From Candidatus Anderseniibacteriota bacterium (GTDB lineage: Bacteria; Patescibacteriota; JAUYIX01): a DNA stretch of 38,492 nt. The stretch covers positions 78,311-116,802 of the forward strand of contig JAXLZM010000003.1 of assembly GCA_046350855.1 (NCBI GenBank), written 5' to 3'. Below, in pieces: positions 36,585 to 38,492 of the stretch (positions within the stretch are counted from its first letter, which is position 1; each line of letters begins with the position of its first letter). The position numbers were made by a program, and so were the translations under genes. Under the pieces are notes generated by a model. The model did not search any database and had not been told where the DNA came from. It saw nothing but the letters and a program-made list of their open reading frames with translations.

Positions 36585-37031
36585 ATGCTTTCGATTCGCC
36601 TGGCCCGTGTTGGCCGCGTCAACTTGCCGTCCTACCGCATCGTCGTGCAAGAAAAAACCCGTTCACCCCACTCAAAAGTGGTTGAGATTATTGGTTCGTA
36701 CGACCCCAAGGTTGAACCCGCCAAGCTCATCACCAAAAAAGAGCGACTGGATCACTGGCTCAAAGCCGGTGCTCGTCCAACGTTGTCGTTGGCAGAACTG
36801 TTGGTCAAACAAGATTTGATCAAGCTCGAGCAGGTCCCAGAGTTGCAACACGAGCGTGCTCGCCGTGAGGCCGGCAAAAAGCGTGTGGCCGATAAGCGCA
36901 CCTGGAAAGAAAAAGTTGCCAAAGAGATTAAAGCGCGCAACGAGGCTAAACAAAAAACGCAAGCCGCTCCAAAAGCAGAAGCTCCTAAAACAGAGGCTAA
37001 GCCCGCTGCGAAGCCAGAAGAGAAAAAATAA
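36585..37031 (+). CDS. rpsP: 30S ribosomal protein S16 with long Lys/Ala/Glu C-terminal extension
   Basis: MLSIRLARVGRVNLPSYRIVV is the canonical S16 N-terminus. The ORF track start is TTG 36576. About 65 extra C-terminal residues (KEKVAKEIKARNEAKQKTQAAPKAEAPKTEAKPAAKPEEKK). Confidence 0.9.
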   Translation: MLSIRLARVGRVNLPSYRIVVQEKTRSPHSKVVEIIGSYDPKVEPAKLITKKERLDHWLKAGARPTLSLAELLVKQDLIKLEQVPELQHERARREAGKKRVADKRTWKEKVAKEIKARNEAKQKTQAAPKAEAPKTEAKPAAKPEEKK

Positions 37032-37058
37032 ATACTCCTTAACGGTTCAGCCTGCTAT

Positions 37059-37649
37059 ATGGTAAGCGAACCGAAAAAGGATTGGGGCGACTATTACAAA
37101 GCTACACGCAACCTCCCTCCTTCCCCACTGTTGGTGAAGGCTCTTGCGTATGTGATCAAAAAAAATAAAGCCATAGACATTGGTGGTGGTGCATTAAAAG
37201 ATACGCAATATCTTTTGTCGCAAGGTTTTGAAACAACGGCTATTGACCAATCGCCCCAAATGAGTGAAATGGCGAAGAGTCTACAAAGCGACATGCTGCA
37301 TTTTTACGTAACAAAGTTTATAGATTTTGATTTTCCTGCCGAAACGTTCGATATAGCTTCATCGATGTATTCGCTGCCGTTTAACTTACCTAAGGAATTT
37401 AACACCGTATTCACCAATATTAAAAAGTCATTAGTTGTGAGCGGTATTTTTGTAGGAAACTTTTTTGGCACGCGTGATGACTGGCATACAAAATCAACGA
37501 TGACTTTTCATGCCAGGCAACAAGTACAGGCTTTATTTGCCGACATGGAGGTTATTTTTTTCCAAGAAAAAGAGTTTGATGGCAAGACCGCTGACGGCAA
37601 GCCAAAGCACTGGCATCTGTTTAACGTCATAGCGCGTAAGAAGAAATAA
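37059..37649 (+). CDS. class I SAM-dependent methyltransferase (TehB-like small type), compositionally foreign
   Basis: Motif I AIDIGGGALKD with the acidic AIDQS loop. Codon third positions are markedly A/T-rich compared with neighbours. Confidence 0.75.
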   Translation: MVSEPKKDWGDYYKATRNLPPSPLLVKALAYVIKKNKAIDIGGGALKDTQYLLSQGFETTAIDQSPQMSEMAKSLQSDMLHFYVTKFIDFDFPAETFDIASSMYSLPFNLPKEFNTVFTNIKKSLVVSGIFVGNFFGTRDDWHTKSTMTFHARQQVQALFADMEVIFFQEKEFDGKTADGKPKHWHLFNVIARKKK

Positions 37650-37685
37650 GAAATAATCGTAAAACGGTTCGGCCGGGCCTGGGCG

Positions 37686-37714
37686 TTGACAACAACGCGT
37701 TTTTATGATAATCT
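37686..37714 (+). promoter_or_regulatory. sigma-70-like promoter TTGACA-N17-TAATCT
   Basis: Perfect -35 hexamer, 17-nt spacer and a good -10, about 70 nt upstream of ATG 37785. Confidence 0.55.
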
Positions 37715-37784
37715 GATCAAAGCTTTAGACGAGTGCGCCAACTGGTTCACCCGACAAAAGCACTAATCTATTAACCGTACCGAT

Positions 37785-38213
37785 ATGGCAGAACGATTTG
37801 CCGATCAGGAATTCGTCGAGTACGTGGTCAAATCAATCGTTGACCACCCAGACGACGTAAAGGCCGAGCGCACCATCGATGAGATGGGTGTTTTAATTAC
37901 ACTCAGTGTTCACCCCGAAGACATGGGGCAGATCATTGGTCGCCAAGGCCAAACCGCTAAGTCGATCCGCACGCTCCTCCGCGTGATTGGTGCAAAAAAC
38001 GACGCACGCGTTAACCTCAAAGTGCTTGAGCCCGAGGGCGGCAAGCGCTCGCGCGAAATGCGCGGACCACGTCGCGATGATCGCGGCGGCGCTCCAATGG
38101 GTGACGCAATGCAAGGCCCGATGGACCAAGATATGGGTTCCATGGACAAAGGCGACAAGGGTATGCCAGAGGCAAAACCCGAGCCAAACCCGATGGACGA
38201 TCTTAAGATCTAG
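37785..38213 (+). CDS. KH-domain RNA-binding protein (YlqC/UPF0109 type) with Asp/Met/Gly/Pro-rich extension
   Basis: VEYVVKSIVDHPDDV...GVLITLSVHPEDMGQIIGRQGQTAKSIRTLL, including the GxxG loop. About 60 extra C-terminal residues. Confidence 0.85.
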   Translation: MAERFADQEFVEYVVKSIVDHPDDVKAERTIDEMGVLITLSVHPEDMGQIIGRQGQTAKSIRTLLRVIGAKNDARVNLKVLEPEGGKRSREMRGPRRDDRGGAPMGDAMQGPMDQDMGSMDKGDKGMPEAKPEPNPMDDLKI

Positions 38214-38242
38214 TCCGTCTAAAAGTCTTAGACTTTTTCAAA

Positions 38243-38275
38243 AGCCGCCGGCCTTGTGCTGGCGGTTTTTGTTTT
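38243..38275 (+). terminator. rho-independent terminator
   Basis: AGCCGCCGGC...GCTGGCGGTT stem of about 10 bp followed by TTTTTGTTTT. It is preceded by a weaker GTCTAA/TTAGAC hairpin plus TTTTT at 38217-38238. Confidence 0.8.
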
Positions 38276-38280
38276 GCGTG

Positions 38281-38344
38281 CTAGGATCGCGACAGTTCGT
38301 TACGAACTACGCCGTGAGCGGGTAACCGCGTGCGGCAATCCTAG
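38281..38344 (+). other. 64-nt three-stem inverted-repeat element (possible structured leader, small RNA or operator)
   Basis: P1: CTAGGAT (38281-87) pairs with ATCCTAG (38338-44). P2: AGTTCG-tta-CGAACT (38294-38308). P3: GCCGUG.GCGG-GUAA-CCGC.UGCGGC (38311-38336), capped by a GNRA tetraloop. Confidence 0.3.
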
Positions 38345-38362
38345 TCACAGATGAGGTGTGCG

Positions 38363-38492
38363 ATGTCAAAAGACGTGAGCCCCATCAGCGTGTATCAGGC
38401 CAGCGAATTCATGCGCAAGTTCGCGGAAGCAGGAGGAACCTCGAAGGATCTACAGAAGATCATCGAGCGCCACAACAACGCACTCGCGCCTA
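38363..38492 (+). CDS. partial hypothetical CDS running off the window
   Basis: GAGGTG Shine-Dalgarno at 38353-58, 4 nt before ATG 38363. An in-frame ATG also occurs at 38351. The frame MSKDVSPISVYQASEFMRKFAEAGGTSKDLQKIIERHNNALAP stays open to the end of the window. Confidence 0.4.
   Translation, partial: MSKDVSPISVYQASEFMRKFAEAGGTSKDLQKIIERHNNALAP

Noticed and set aside
38281-38344. The three-stem element considered as a tRNA-like gene, a hammerhead ribozyme or a purine riboswitch.
   Set aside because: It has only two internal hairpins, so it is not a cloverleaf. The junctions (CGCGAC, AC, A) lack the CUGANGA/GAAA hammerhead core. The 3-nt and 4-nt loops cannot form the purine-riboswitch loop-loop contact.
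1-38492. CRISPR arrays, IS elements or transposases, integrases, prophage genes, rRNA genes and alternative genetic code (UGA recoding).
   Set aside because: There are no regularly spaced direct repeats, no transposase or integrase-like ORFs, and no terminal inverted repeats flanking the accessory genes. I saw no partial tRNA 3'-end duplications. TGA clearly functions as a stop codon (for example at 15268-15270 and at the rbfA/cdaA junctions), so standard code 11 fits.

Overview
This is a gene-dense segment (about 90% coding) of a bacterial chromosome with mostly high-50s % GC by eye. Gene content and order resemble a Gram-positive or Patescibacteria (CPR)-type genome, but lineage cannot be proven from this sequence alone. 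Coordinates for features not in the ORF track (tRNAs, promoters, hairpins) were counted by hand and are about +/-2 nt.

Housekeeping backbone:
- rnhB and yraN
- queA-tgt
- an rfbB-like dehydratase
- infB-rbfA-DHH phosphoesterase-cdaA-cdaR
- gyrA and rpmF
- nusB-rnc, smc, rpsP and a KH-domain protein
- six tRNA genes, all with encoded CCA: Arg-CCT, Pro-CGG, Ala-GGC, Pro-GGG, Ala-CGC, Val-CAC

I saw no rRNA, CRISPR array, transposase or integrase.

Accessory or unexplained material sits in the gaps of this backbone. The candidates I rank highest for something undescribed are:
1. An orphan 421-aa protein (31970-33235, minus strand) inserted with a DUF456-like gene between rnc and smc. It carries an HhH-glycosylase-like G-x-R-R-K...VDFHxxRV segment and a CxxCx5C iron-sulfur-loop-like end.
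2. A cell-surface pair, a CWB2-repeat protein plus an M23 peptidase fused to six FG-GAP repeats. Both are preceded by the same 15-nt motif at identical spacing from a -10-like box.
3. Accessory genes interleaved with tRNA genes (8632-11144): a Zn-ribbon/TM/HExxH protein, and a 73-aa protein coupled to an 8-TM protein.
4. A short SMC (885 aa) with canonical heads but no recognisable hinge.
5. A MutY-like glycosylase with no Fe-S cysteines and no NUDIX domain.
6. A low-GC methyltransferase splitting rpsP from the KH gene.
7. A 64-nt three-stem inverted-repeat element at the right edge of the window.

Functional readings of hypothetical proteins are motif-level inferences and have not been checked against any database.
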